Of a DNA stretch of 64,000 nucleotides, positions 1 to 10,143 are shown in pieces; position 1 is the stretch's first letter, and every line of letters begins with the position of its first letter. The notes beneath the pieces are model-generated. The model saw only the letters and a list, made by a program, of their open reading frames with translations. It did not search any database and was not told where the DNA came from. The position numbers and the translations under genes are program-made. The stretch comes from an uncultured Chloroflexia bacterium (GTDB lineage: Bacteria; Chloroflexota; Limnocylindria; Limnocylindrales; CSP1-4): NCBI GenBank assembly GCA_963763775.1, contig CAVXPZ010000003.1, positions 32,001-96,000 on the forward strand. The letters run 5' to 3'.

Positions 1-946
1 GGCCGCCTCCTGCTCGATCATGTCGGCCGCAACGAGCGCGTCGACCGCCTCCTGAGCGGCCTCCCGCTCGATGAGGTCCGCCGCGATGAGCGCGCGAACG
101 GCGCGAAGCGCCGCTGCCGCCTCGATCTCGTCGGCCGCCGCGACCGCTTCCTCGGCCTCTTCCGTCGCCGTCTCCTCGACATCGAGGGACATCCGCACGA
201 CGTTCTCGGCTTCCTCCTTTGCCGCCTCCTCGATGAGCGTCGGCAGCGAACAGCGTGTCGATGACGTCCTCTGCTGCCGCATCCTCGACTGCCAGCGCTG
301 CGGCGACCACATCGGCCGCCTCGGCGATGGCGGCGTCCTCGATCAACTCCGCCTCGACGAGGGTCTGGGCGATCTCCATGGCTGCGGCCAGCTTGACCTC
401 CTCGGCCGCTTCGATCGCGTCCTCCGCCTCCATCTTCACGCGCAGCTCGTCACCCACGATCGCGAGGGCATCGGGCGAGATCATCGCCTGCATCAGGGTC
501 CGGCCGCCGGCGTCCACGATCGCATCGCGCAGGTTCGCCGCCCAGTGGTGCTCGATGACGAGGATCGCCGCGGCGCTGCCCGCGGGGATCGAGTCGGCGA
601 GCTCCTGCATCCGGTCCACGGACAGCCCGGCGTCGCGCTCGGCGACGGCGAGCGCTCCGAGTTCGGCTCCCTCGACCATGCCCTCGACGCCACCGGCGTG
701 AAGCCCGAGTAGCCCGCCGGCGATGGATCCGAGACGCATCCGCTCGTTCTCGGACAGGTCGGTCAGGTGCATCGAGTTCTCGATGCTTCCCTGCCGGTTC
801 TTCTGGACGAAGATCACGTCGACGAGGCGGATGACGCCGCGCTTCCGCGCCCGGCGCAGTTCGGCCATGATCCGGCCCGTTGCCTCGAACTTGTCGAAGC
901 CGACCACGAACACCTGGATCGGGCCGGTCACATGCTTCTCTGCCAT
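1..946 (-). CDS. DUF1269/DUF6325-like protein with long acidic 18-residue helical repeat tail (3' partial; +1 frameshift near 238)
   Basis: Manual translation from ATG at 946 (AGGAG RBS upstream): MAEKHVTGPIQVFVVGFDKFEATGRIMAELRRARKRGVIRLVDVIFVQK...LADSIPAGSAAAILVIEHHWA...; absent from the ORF track because it runs off the window. Confidence 0.7.
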   Translation of the reverse strand, partial: MAEKHVTGPIQVFVVGFDKFEATGRIMAELRRARKRGVIRLVDVIFVQKNRQGSIENSMHLTDLSENERMRLGSIAGGLLGLHAGGVEGMVEGAELGALAVAERDAGLSVDRMQELADSIPAGSAAAILVIEHHWAANLRDAIVDAGGRTLMQAMISPDALAIVGDELRVKMEAEDAIEAAEEVKLAAAMEIAQTLVEAELIEDAAIAEAADVVAAALAVEDAAAEDVIDTLFAADAHRGGGKGGSRERRADVPRCRGDGDGRGRGSGRGGRRDRGGSGASRRSRAHRGGPHRAGGRSGGGRRARCGRHDRAGGG

Positions 947-1024
947 GTCCACTATCTCCTTCGACCCTGATCCCAGATGTCCGGCGCCGGTCGCGCAGCC
1001 GGACGGGTGCTGCCCGCCGCGAAC

Positions 1025-1615
1025 TCAGAGTGGGATCGCGGATCCGTCATGTGCCGCCGCGTTCGCGGCCGCCTTGATGTCCCCGGCCGTCTCTTCGTCG
1101 ACCGGGACCGTCTTGACCTGCTCGGCCGCCGGCATCTTCTGCGCGACGGCGTCGGCATCCATCGCCGAGACCAGCGCGAGGATCCCGGAAGTGCCCGCCG
1201 TGATGACGCCGGCGAGTTCCTTTTCGACCTCGACCCGGTGATGGAGGTTGCGCGCCTTGCCGGCCGCCGCCCCGGCAACGCCGAGCGCGACGGCTCCGGC
1301 GACGATGGTGGCGGGCAGGAAGACCGCCGCGACGACACCACCGACGATGCCCCACTTCAGGCCCGTCCGCGTGCTGTGGTCGGTCATCTTCTGGACGTGG
1401 AGTCGGCCCTTCTCGTCTGCTTTGACCACAAGGACACCGTCGACCTCGAGGAACCCCGCGACCTCGGCGTCGATGAGATCGTCATACGCGCTCATCGCCA
1501 GGGTGGGGTCCGCGAAGCGGGCGACGACGAGCGCGTGGGGGCCCTGCGCAACGACTGCGTCCTCGGCCATGACACCGCCCGTCGATGTCGTCTCGGTCGT
1601 GTCTGGTCCGGTCAC
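1025..1615 (-). CDS. DUF1269 family membrane protein
   Basis: VDGVLVVKADEKGRLHV...GLKWGIVGGVVAAVF...GVAGAAAG...AGTSGILALV; start GTG 1615 or ATG 1570. Confidence 0.75.
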   Translation of the reverse strand: MTGPDTTETTSTGGVMAEDAVVAQGPHALVVARFADPTLAMSAYDDLIDAEVAGFLEVDGVLVVKADEKGRLHVQKMTDHSTRTGLKWGIVGGVVAAVFLPATIVAGAVALGVAGAAAGKARNLHHRVEVEKELAGVITAGTSGILALVSAMDADAVAQKMPAAEQVKTVPVDEETAGDIKAAANAAAHDGSAIPL

Positions 1616-1933
1616 ATCGATTCCTCGGCTCCTCGCGGTCGACGCAGACCGTTCTCGTGCGGAAGGCATGCGTTGCTGCGCTTGCGACGACCGTCCAGGC
1701 ACGTCGACCACTTGCGCGGCCACCCGGACCCTCGCACCGTAGGCCGGGTCCAGGGCCGGCCACATCCTCCCCGTCGGAGGAAGGCCCGTGTCCGCAGCAC
1801 GACGTTGCGACGGGCGCCGATCACCGCTGTTCGTGTTCGACCTCCTCCGAATAGGGGGAAGTCGGGCGGGGAGTCGCGGATCCACCATCGTCGTGCGGGC
1901 TGTGCCGTGTGATGACAGCGACGGAGAACGGCG

Positions 1934-3386
1934 ATGACACCAGCAGTGAAGATCGGCTCGGCAGACGCGACCAGTCAGGCCGACCCCAAGCCACCCCGCA
2001 TCCGACGCCGACACATCGACGGCGACACGGCCGCGGCACACCGCGCATCAGGCCGGGCAGGCCGCACTGAGGTGCCACTCAGCGCCCATGGCGAGTGGGC
2101 CGTGCCGGCAGATCGACCGGACCCGGTCGCACTGCTGATCGAGCAGGGCGAGACGCGGGTCGCGGATCTCGTGCCCATCCGGTACGGGCGGATGCTGGTC
2201 TCGCCATTCACGTTCCTGCGCGGCGCCGCACTGGTCATGGCGGCCGATCTGGCGCGTCTGCCCTCGAGCGGCATCTACGTCCAATCCTGCGGCGACGCCC
2301 ACCTGTCGAACTTCGGTGTGTTCGCGACGCCGGAGCGGCGCTTGAGCTTCGACGTCAACGACTTCGACGAGACGCATCCCGCGCCCTTCGAATGGGATGT
2401 CAAGCGCCTCGCAGCCAGCCTCGTGGTCGCAGGACACGGCGCTGGCTATCAGCGAGCCGCGGTCCGCACCATCACCCGCTCGGCGGTCGGCGCCTACCGG
2501 ACCGAGATGCGGAGTCTGGCCTCGATGTCGTTCCTGGATGCGTGGTACACGCGGATCGACGTCACGGCGATGCTCGCGGAGAGTCGAGCAGCGAGGATCA
2601 GCCCGGACGAAGAAGATCGCACACCGGGCCGTCGAGAAGGCCTCGACGCGGACGAACCTCGGCACGCTGAGCAGTCTCGCCGAGCACACCGACGCCGGCT
2701 GGCGGATCCGGGCAAATCCTCCGCTCATCGTCCGATACGATGCCACGCCCGAAAGCGACGCCGCCCTCCGAGACGGATTGACGGCGTACCGAAGGTCGCT
2801 CGGCCGGGACATGCAGCCGATCATGGACGCGTACAAGTTCGCCGATTACGCGCGCAAGGTCGTTGGCGTCGGCTCCATCGGGACCGAGGCGTTCGTGGTC
2901 CTCAACATCGGACCGCGCAACGACGACGCGCTGTTCCTCCAGGTGAAGGAAGCCCAGGCATCGGTGCTGGAGCGCTATACCGAGCAGAGCACCATCAAGG
3001 AGCAGGGCGAGCGGGTGGTCGCGGGTCAGCGGCTGATGCAGGCTGCAAGCGACCGGTTCCTCGGCTGGCTACGGATCGACCGCCTCGGGCGTCCGTACGA
3101 CTTCTACGTCCGCCAGCTCCGCGACTGGAAAGCCTCCTACGAAGTGGAGAGCAACCAGGAGCAGCGGCTGGCGACGTATGCGCGCTACTGCGGGATCGCC
3201 CTTGCCCGCGCGCATGCCCGCTCCGGCTCGGCGTCGGCCATCGCTGGCTACCTCGGCAAGACCGATGACTTCGACCGCGCGGTCGAGCGATTCGCGGTCG
3301 CCTATGCCGAGCAGAACGGACGCGACTACCAGGCCCTTCTCCAGGCCGAGACCGACGGCCGGATCAAGGTCCAGCGTGGCGTCTGA
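1934..3386 (+). CDS. DUF2252 family protein (frameshift near 2600)
   Basis: RYGRMLVSPFTFLRGAA, CGDAHLSNFG, FDVNDFDE in first frame; ARKVVGVGSIGT, LFLQVKEA, YVRQLRDWK, LARAHARSG in second frame. Confidence 0.9.
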
Positions 3387-3399
3387 TCCGAGTCGATCG

Positions 3400-3912
3400 A
3401 TGCGGAGGCCCGCACGCCTCGTGCCGTTGCGACGCTCGATCGACCGCTTCATGTCGGATCCGGCATCCCCCCGGAACGCCGCCCGACTGATGATCGGCGC
3501 GACCGTCGTCATCGTCCTGGTCGGCGGACTCGTCGTCTGGCTATTCGACAGTCAGGAGTTCCCGGACTACGGCGGGGCCCTGTGGTACACGCTGCAGACG
3601 GTGACCACGGTCGGCTACGGCGACAAGGTGCCCACGAGCCTGGTCGGACGCCTCACCGGCTCGTTCGTGATGGTCGTGTCGGTCGCGCTGCTCGCCATCG
3701 TCACCGCCTTGATCACGTCGACCTTCGTGGAGGCCGCGCAGCGGCGGCGCCACGCGCAGGAGCAGGATCCAGCCCAAGCGACCGATGCACGGCTCGACGA
3801 GATCTCATCTCGCCTGATGGCCATGGAGCGGTCGCTGGAGGAGCTCGTCGCCGGCCGAGGCACGCCAGGCGAAGCCGATCCACCTGCAGACCGGCAAGCA
3901 ACGAAGACTTGA
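3400..3912 (+). CDS. Two-TM potassium channel (Ion_trans_2) protein
   Basis: K+ selectivity filter TVTTVGYGD between two hydrophobic helices. Confidence 0.9.
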   Translation: MRRPARLVPLRRSIDRFMSDPASPRNAARLMIGATVVIVLVGGLVVWLFDSQEFPDYGGALWYTLQTVTTVGYGDKVPTSLVGRLTGSFVMVVSVALLAIVTALITSTFVEAAQRRRHAQEQDPAQATDARLDEISSRLMAMERSLEELVAGRGTPGEADPPADRQATKT

Positions 3913-3971
3913 TCTACCAGGATCGGCACGCCGACCCAGACACGCCGTCACCCCAGCGGGAGCAAGACCAG

Positions 3972-6155
3972 ATGCGTCGCCTGATCGACTTCTACCGGCT
4001 TCAGATCCACGTCATGCGGACGTGGCAGCCCGGCACGGGTTCCCGCCTGCGCCGGATCCTGGCGACCCTGATCGTCAGCGTCGTGTCGTTCGGCATCGCC
4101 GTGTTCCTGACGCCTGGAGTGGACCTGACGGCGGGCGCGGGCATCTTCAGCACCGCCCTTCTGGCCGCGATCGTCCTCGGCATCCTCAATGTCGCCATTC
4201 GCCCGGTCCTCATCGCGGCGTTCGCCGCGGTGTCGGTCATCGCGGTCACGATCGCGACCCTCGTCTTCCAGGTCGTGTCGTTCCTGATCCTGCCGCGCTT
4301 CGTCGACACCCTCGTGGTCTCTGGCTGGTTCGCGGCGCTGGTCGCGTCCTTGATCTACGCCATGGCGACGACCGTCTTCGTCGCGATCTTCTCGATCAGC
4401 AGCGACGACTCCTACTTCGCCATCCTCGTCCAGCAGCTGTCGGGTCGCGGACAGGACGTCCATCGCACGGATGCCCCCGGCCTGGTCGTCATCCAGATCG
4501 ACGGTCTGGCGCGTGAGATCCTGACCCGCCAGATCCAGGCCGGTCGCGCGCCGCACCTCTCGGGCTGGGTGCGCTCCGGCCGCTACACCCTCTCGGGCTG
4601 GGAGGCGCTCCTGCCACCCACGACGCCGGCGAGCCAGGCTGGGCTCCTCCATGGGAACAACGACGGCATTCCCGCCTTCCGCTGGTATGAGAAGGACGCG
4701 GGGCGACTCATGGTCACCAATCACCCTGACGACGCCGTGGTCGTCGAGAGCCGGATCTCGAATGGCGAGGGACTGCTCTCGAACGATGGGGCGAGCGTCG
4801 GCAACCTCTTCTCGGGCGACGCGGCGCGGTCCTACATCACGATGGCGACGATCAAGGACAAGTCGCAGGGGTTGGGCAAGAGCACATCGTTCTACTCGTT
4901 CTTCGCCAGCCCGTACAACTATCTCGGCACGCTCACCCGGTTCGCCGCCGAGGTCGTGAAGGAGTACTACCAGGCGTCCCGCCAGGTACGTGCGAACATC
5001 GTCCCGCGGATGCATCGTGGGATGCCGTACCCGTTCGCACGTGCCACGACGAACGTGGGGCTTCGGGACCTGTCGACCGCCCTCGTGGTCGAGGAGATGT
5101 ACCGCGGGGCGCCGATCATCTATGTCGACTTCACCGACTACGACGAGATCGCCCATCACAGCGGACCCGAGCGAGGGGAGTCGCTGGACGCGCTCGATGG
5201 GGTCGACGGCGCCATCGCGACCCTCGAGAAGGCCGCCGGCGCCGCGCCCCGTCCGTATCGCTTCATCGTCGTGTCCGACCACGGCCAGACCCTCGGGGCC
5301 ACGTTCCTCCAGCGCTACGGGAAGACCCTCGGCGACGTCGTCCAGGACCTCATGGGCAGCGACGCGACCGTCCAGGAGGCCACATCGAGTGGGGAGGAGT
5401 TCGGCCAGACGAACGCCTTCCTGTCTGAGCTGACCCAGGTCAAGGGCGTCACCGGTGGCATCGCCCGGACCGCCCTGCGGTCGCAGACGACCGACGGCGT
5501 CGTGGACGTCGGCTCCATCACTCCCGCCGGCGCCGATGGGGACAAGCCCTCGGACATGGCCTCGTCGCCCGCGGCCGAGGAGCGACCCGACCTGGTCGCG
5601 GTGGCGTCCGGCAATCTCGGGCTGATCTTCTTCCCGCGCCTGCCCGGTCGGGTGACGCTCGAGCAGCTCGCGACGACCTATCCCCGCCTCGTCGATGGGC
5701 TGGCCGCGCACCCGGGCGTCGGGGCGCTGCTGATCCGGTCGGAGGCGCACGGCGCGCTGGTCATCGGGCGAACGGGCATCAACTTCCTGGACGAGGAGCG
5801 GATCGAGGGCGACGATCCGGTCGCCCAGTACGGCGGTCGGTCGCGCGAGGCGCTCATCCGTCTCGACACCCTCCAGCACTGCCCGGACATCTCCGTGATC
5901 AGCCTGTTCGACCCGGCATTCGGCGAGGTCGCGGCGTTCGAGGAGCTGATCGGCTCGCACGGCGGCCTCGGCGGGGCCCAGACCCTGCCGCTTCTCCTGC
6001 ATCCGACGGAGTGGACCCTGGACGAGGAGCTCGTCGGCGCCCCCGCCGTCCACCGCCAGATCCGCCGCTGGGCGGAGCGCTACTTGGACCTCCGCTTCGG
6101 CAAGGACGGGACGGCACAGCCCCTGCCGATGCCTGACCCGCCGAGGACGAACTGA
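3972..6155 (+). CDS. Phage-holin-family (4 TM) domain fused to alkaline phosphatase/nucleotide pyrophosphatase-like domain
   Basis: N-terminal TMs with LGILNVAIRP; then VIQIDGLA, TTPASQAGLLHG, DYDEIAHHSGP, VSDHGQT, GSHGGLGG. Confidence 0.85.
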   Translation: MRRLIDFYRLQIHVMRTWQPGTGSRLRRILATLIVSVVSFGIAVFLTPGVDLTAGAGIFSTALLAAIVLGILNVAIRPVLIAAFAAVSVIAVTIATLVFQVVSFLILPRFVDTLVVSGWFAALVASLIYAMATTVFVAIFSISSDDSYFAILVQQLSGRGQDVHRTDAPGLVVIQIDGLAREILTRQIQAGRAPHLSGWVRSGRYTLSGWEALLPPTTPASQAGLLHGNNDGIPAFRWYEKDAGRLMVTNHPDDAVVVESRISNGEGLLSNDGASVGNLFSGDAARSYITMATIKDKSQGLGKSTSFYSFFASPYNYLGTLTRFAAEVVKEYYQASRQVRANIVPRMHRGMPYPFARATTNVGLRDLSTALVVEEMYRGAPIIYVDFTDYDEIAHHSGPERGESLDALDGVDGAIATLEKAAGAAPRPYRFIVVSDHGQTLGATFLQRYGKTLGDVVQDLMGSDATVQEATSSGEEFGQTNAFLSELTQVKGVTGGIARTALRSQTTDGVVDVGSITPAGADGDKPSDMASSPAAEERPDLVAVASGNLGLIFFPRLPGRVTLEQLATTYPRLVDGLAAHPGVGALLIRSEAHGALVIGRTGINFLDEERIEGDDPVAQYGGRSREALIRLDTLQHCPDISVISLFDPAFGEVAAFEELIGSHGGLGGAQTLPLLLHPTEWTLDEELVGAPAVHRQIRRWAERYLDLRFGKDGTAQPLPMPDPPRTN

Positions 6156-6388
6156 GACGCGACCTCGCGGCCCGGGACGTGAGCCACCCGCTGCTCATCG
6201 CCTGTGATCGACGTCGTCGATGGTCTGGGCAGCTCCTCGAGCGCCGCGTCGAGGTCGTAGCCGAGTGTGCGCGTGCGACACCCGGCGCCACCGTGGCGAT
6301 CCGGCCGAATCTGACCACCAGACCCAGCGTTCCACGCCCCCCGACAACCGCGACGGACCAAGGCGCGGGTGGTCGAGGGCGAGTCTCC

Positions 6389-6430
6389 TCGGAGCCGCAA
6401 CTCGACGATGAGGTAGGTTGGTCGGGGCGA
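6389..6430. repeat. Left direct repeat (att-like) containing 3' end of tRNA-Pro(CGG) and its trailer
   Basis: tcggagccgcaactcgacgatgaggtaggttggtcggggcga vs tcggagccgcagctcgacgatgaggtagggactggtcggggcga at 9898-9941. Confidence 0.85.
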
Positions 6431-6458
6431 CAGAGCCTTCCTACTGGCTGAGAAGCGC

Positions 6459-6713
6459 ATGACGAGACGGCCGTGCCGCCCCGCCGAGCGCGCCACCGAT
6501 CGCGAGGTCGGCGTGGTGGCCGCGGTGCTGGTCGCCGGGTCGGAGAAGGCCGCCGCTCACCGCCTGGGGCTGTCGCACTCGACGGTGAAGCACCACCTCG
6601 CGAACGCGCGGACCAAGGTGGGCGCCGAGACGACAGCGCAGCTCGTGTGGATCCTGGCGGAGCGACTGCCAGAGCCTGAGGACGAGGCGTCGGAACGCCA
6701 GCGGCCTGAGTAG
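6459..6713 (+). CDS. Small stand-alone LuxR-type HTH protein
   Basis: TDREVGVVAAVLVAGSEKAAAHRLGLSHSTVKHHLANARTKVGAETTAQLV matches the LuxR HTH pattern. Confidence 0.75.
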   Translation: MTRRPCRPAERATDREVGVVAAVLVAGSEKAAAHRLGLSHSTVKHHLANARTKVGAETTAQLVWILAERLPEPEDEASERQRPE

Positions 6714-6773
6714 CTCGCCCGTCACAGAGCGCGCATGAGCGCGCGTCCAAGCAACGTCAACCACCGAGGGGGA

Positions 6774-7954
6774 ATGATGCGAGCACGGCGACTCATCGCG
6801 ATCGCCATCGTCGGCGTCATCGCGATCGGATGCGGCGACGCCGCGCCCGTCGTCGCCCCGACCCCGACCCCCTCGCCCGCCCCGAGCGTCGCGCCGGCCC
6901 CGCCGACGGCCCCGGCCTCGCCGTCGGGCGCGGGGCCAACCGCGTCGCCGAGCGGCATCGTGGCGCCGTCCAGTCCGAGCCCGTCGCACGCCGCCCGCGG
7001 ACTGGACGGCACTTCGCTGGTCGCAGCCCGTGACGATCTCGGCCACCGCCCTGCCGGCCGACATCCTCTTCTGGCAGGGCGCCTACGTCGCCGTCGGGTC
7101 GGACGGGGACAGGGCGGCCGCGTGGACCTCGCTGGACTTCGCGACGTGGACCCCTGCGACCCTGGACGGCCTCCCGCTCAAGGACGCCGCGATCGGCTGG
7201 CCGGTCGTGGCGCCGGGTGGCGGGCTGGTCTCCCTCGGCGGCCACGGGCGTCGCCACTGCGACGTCGGGGAGGGGGCGACCTGCGACCCGCAGCCGATCG
7301 CGATCTGGACGTCGACGGACGGGCGGTCCTGGCACGGCCGCGCGGCGCCCAAGGCCTTCGCAGGCGCGACGATCGCGGCGGTCGCCACCGGCCCCGGCGG
7401 CATCCTGGCCGTCGGCGACACCGGCTGGGACCACCCGGCCGCCTGGTTCTCGCCCGACGGGCGGTCCTGGAGCCGCGAGCGGCTGCCCGTCGCCCTGTTC
7501 CGGCACGCCGAGTTTCAAGGCCTTACCGCCTACCGGGGGAGGTGGGTCGTGACCGGGCTGACCGATCCCGAGCAGGTGATGTGCTGCACCGGCAGCTTCC
7601 ACGCTCGGCTCAAGGCAGCGGCCTGGTACTCGGCCGACGGGCGGTCCTGGAAGCGCGCGAGCGTCGAGTCGGCCAAGCAGGAGACGATGTTCTTCGCAGA
7701 CGCCGGCCCCGGCGGCCTCGTCTCGAGCGGAGTCGACACGGAACTGGGTGTCGGCGGACGGCCGCTCGTGGCGGACGAGCCCGCGAGACCCCGACATCGG
7801 CGCGGTGGCGACCAACGGCGAGCGAATGATCGGCGTATCGCAAGGTGACGACGACGAGCTCGAGCTGTGGGTGTCCACGGACGGCCGCTCCTGGCAGGCG
7901 CTGACCGACGCCGGCGAGAGCTCGTCGTCGCGTTCCTCGCCGGCGTGGTCATAG
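6774..7954 (+). pseudogene. Lipoprotein with Pro-rich linker and Asp-box (BNR) repeats, truncated; frameshifts near 6988 and 7742
   Basis: Lipobox AIGC; repeats WTSLDFATW, WTSTDGRSW, WFSPDGRSW, WYSADGRSW, WVSADGRSW, WVSTDGRSW; ends abruptly near 7920. Confidence 0.7.
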
Positions 7955-8345
7955 GCGGCGCCCTCGACCGCTTCGTCCTGCCGCTCCTCGTCGACGCCTG
8001 GATCGACCGAACGCACGGGCATGGGCAGTGAGCGCCGGTGACGATGGGCCGGAGCACCGCACTCGGGCCGACGTCTACTCCTCGGCCCGGATCGGCGCCG
8101 CGGCGGCGCTCACGGTCGTCGTGGTCGTCCTCCTCGTCCTCGATGTCGAAGTTCCGGACTACGACGTCGCCCCTGGCGTCCTGCTGCCGGTACTGCGTGG
8201 CGTGCTCCCGCGCACGCCAACCGCTCGCCAGGTCGACGTGCTCGCCGCCCTGCGAGCGCGCTCGGGCCTCACGACGGAGCAGCTGATCTGCCGGGGGTCG
8301 GGCTGAGGGGTGGCTGGTGGTCGCGAGCCTCGAAGCCGCTGAAGC
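7921..8345 (+). pseudogene. Fragments of small membrane (holin-like) genes and of a second HTH-like gene
   Basis: Startless LVVAFLAGVVIGGALDRFVLPLLVDAWIDR* (7921-8031) coupled by GTGA to a TM ORF at 8028, which runs into PTARQVDVLAA/LRARSGLTTEQLI. Confidence 0.45.
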
Positions 8346-8446
8346 CGCCATGGCGGTACTTCCGTTGCCGGCCGCCCCTGGGACCACAGGATCCGGGCGC
8401 CGATCCGAGCATCGGCAAGCAGACAATTTGAGATTGGCGATGGCGC

Positions 8447-9094
8447 TCAGGCCGCTGCCCGACTGAACGTCACATGGACGACGCCGCTGGGTGAGGCGGT
8501 GGCCTCGATCCTGTAGTCGTCCTCAAGGCTCTCCAGCCCGTCCCACAGGCGCACGCCCCGGCCGAGCAGAAGCGGCACCACGACAACGTGCATGTGGTCG
8601 ACGAGCCCAGCCTCCAGGAATTCCCGGATCGTGCTGGGGCCGCCGCCGATGCGGACGTCGAGACCGTTGGCGGCCGCGCGGGCCCTCTCGAGTGCCTCGG
8701 CGGGCGTCGCGTCGACGAAGTGGAAGGTGGTGCCGCCCTCCATCTCGAGCGACGGACGGGTGTGGTGGGTCAGGACGAAGACCGGGGTGTGGAACGGCGG
8801 GTTCGGCCCCCACCAGCCCTTCCACTCAGGATCCTCGTGCCAGCCGGGGTAGCCGTATTTCCCGGCCCCCATGATCTCCGCGCCGACCCCGGGACCGTGC
8901 AGTCGCAGGAACGCGTCGTCGATGCCGCGGCTGCCGCCCGCCTCGCCGACCATCTCGTGCCACCAGCGCGTGGCGAACATCCACTCGTGCAGGCGGTCGC
9001 CGGCGTGGCCGAACGGTTCTTCGCGGGTCAGGCCGTCTCCCGTACCGAACCCGTCAAGCGAGACGGAGAAGAACTGGACGCGTGCGAGTGACAC
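8447..9094 (-). CDS. Dihydrofolate reductase/RibD C-terminal family protein
   Basis: FSVSLDGFG, IMGAGKYG, PPFHTPVFVLTH, VRIGGGPSTIREFLEAGLVD, PLLLGRGVRLW. Confidence 0.9.
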   Translation of the reverse strand: MSLARVQFFSVSLDGFGTGDGLTREEPFGHAGDRLHEWMFATRWWHEMVGEAGGSRGIDDAFLRLHGPGVGAEIMGAGKYGYPGWHEDPEWKGWWGPNPPFHTPVFVLTHHTRPSLEMEGGTTFHFVDATPAEALERARAAANGLDVRIGGGPSTIREFLEAGLVDHMHVVVVPLLLGRGVRLWDGLESLEDDYRIEATASPSGVVHVTFSRAAA

Positions 9095-9121
9095 TGCTCG
9101 TGCTCCTCTCGTTCTGGCCGG

Positions 9122-9724
9122 TCAGCCCTGTCCGGCGGGTGGGCCGGACAGGACCGTCGGCCCGTATTCCAGCAGCTGGATGCGGCCGTCGAAGGTCCGA
9201 CTGGCAACCATTTCGAGGGCGACGTCCGGGTAGCCGTCGTAGATCCGGTCGGTCCCCGTTCGCCCGGTGATCACGGGGAACACGACGACCCGGAAGCGGT
9301 CGACCAAACCGGCCTCGAGCAGCGACCGGCACAGAGTGAGGCTGCCGATTGTGTGGAGCGGCATCGAGTCATCCCGCTTCATGGCGCGCACGCTCTCGAC
9401 CGGGTCACTGCGAATCAGCCGGGTATTGGGCATGGCGAGGGGTTGCTGCAGGGTCGACGAGAACACAACCTTGGGGGCGGTCGTGAACTCCCCGATGCTG
9501 GCAGCCTCGTCGCTCTCGGGGTCGATCCCGAATGCCTCCGGCCGCTCCGCGAACCCCGACATCTGTCGGTAGGTCGTTGCCCCCATCAGGATCGTGTAGT
9601 CCCGCGGCTCCTCGGCGAGCCAGGCGAGGTACTCGGGACCCTGGAGGCCCCACCATCCGGGCCAGCCCTCCGCCGCGCCGAACCCGTCCAGCGACGTGAT
9701 GAAGTCCACGATCAGTTGCGGCAT
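9122..9724 (-). CDS. Dihydrofolate reductase/RibD C-terminal family protein
   Basis: FITSLDGFG, ILMGATTY, KVVFSSTL, GSLTLCRSLLEAGLVDRFRVVVFPVITG. Confidence 0.9.
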   Translation of the reverse strand: MPQLIVDFITSLDGFGAAEGWPGWWGLQGPEYLAWLAEEPRDYTILMGATTYRQMSGFAERPEAFGIDPESDEAASIGEFTTAPKVVFSSTLQQPLAMPNTRLIRSDPVESVRAMKRDDSMPLHTIGSLTLCRSLLEAGLVDRFRVVVFPVITGRTGTDRIYDGYPDVALEMVASRTFDGRIQLLEYGPTVLSGPPAGQG

Positions 9725-9897
9725 CCGTGTTGCTCCTCCCGCTTGTGTAACTCGGACGAAGGGTGCGTCGACCGACCGGGGCGGAGTAGACCCTGGGACG
9801 ACCCGCCTGCCGTCCGTCTTCGGCCCGGACTTCTACTTCCGCCGCCCCGGCGCAGGGTGATCAGATCGCCGGCCGGGTGGTCGTGGACCAAGCTCCA

Positions 9898-10006
<109 letters not shown>

Positions 10007-10038
10007 ACCGAGGGTGCCCCGTCGTACAGGGCCTGCGG

Positions 10039-10047
10039 ATGATAGCA
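10039..10047 (-). promoter_or_regulatory. Extended -10 promoter element of tRNA-Pro(CGG)
   Basis: TGCTATCAT on the minus strand about 33 nt upstream of the tRNA. Confidence 0.55.
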
Positions 10048-10143
10048 AAGGCGCCCTGAACCCGGGCTGGCCCCCGTCGGCCGTGGCAGGACCAACGGCT
10101 GGCCGGCGGCGGGACCTCCGCGACCCTTACCGCGCTCGCGCGC

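Noticed and set aside
3972-4420. Holin domain as evidence of a prophage lysis cassette
   Set aside because: It is fused to a phosphodiesterase-like domain and no endolysin or structural genes are adjacent.
7310-7895. Recurring gacgggcggtcctgg-like sequences as a possible CRISPR array
   Set aside because: Irregular spacing; they are coding Asp-box repeats (SxDGRSW); no cas genes.
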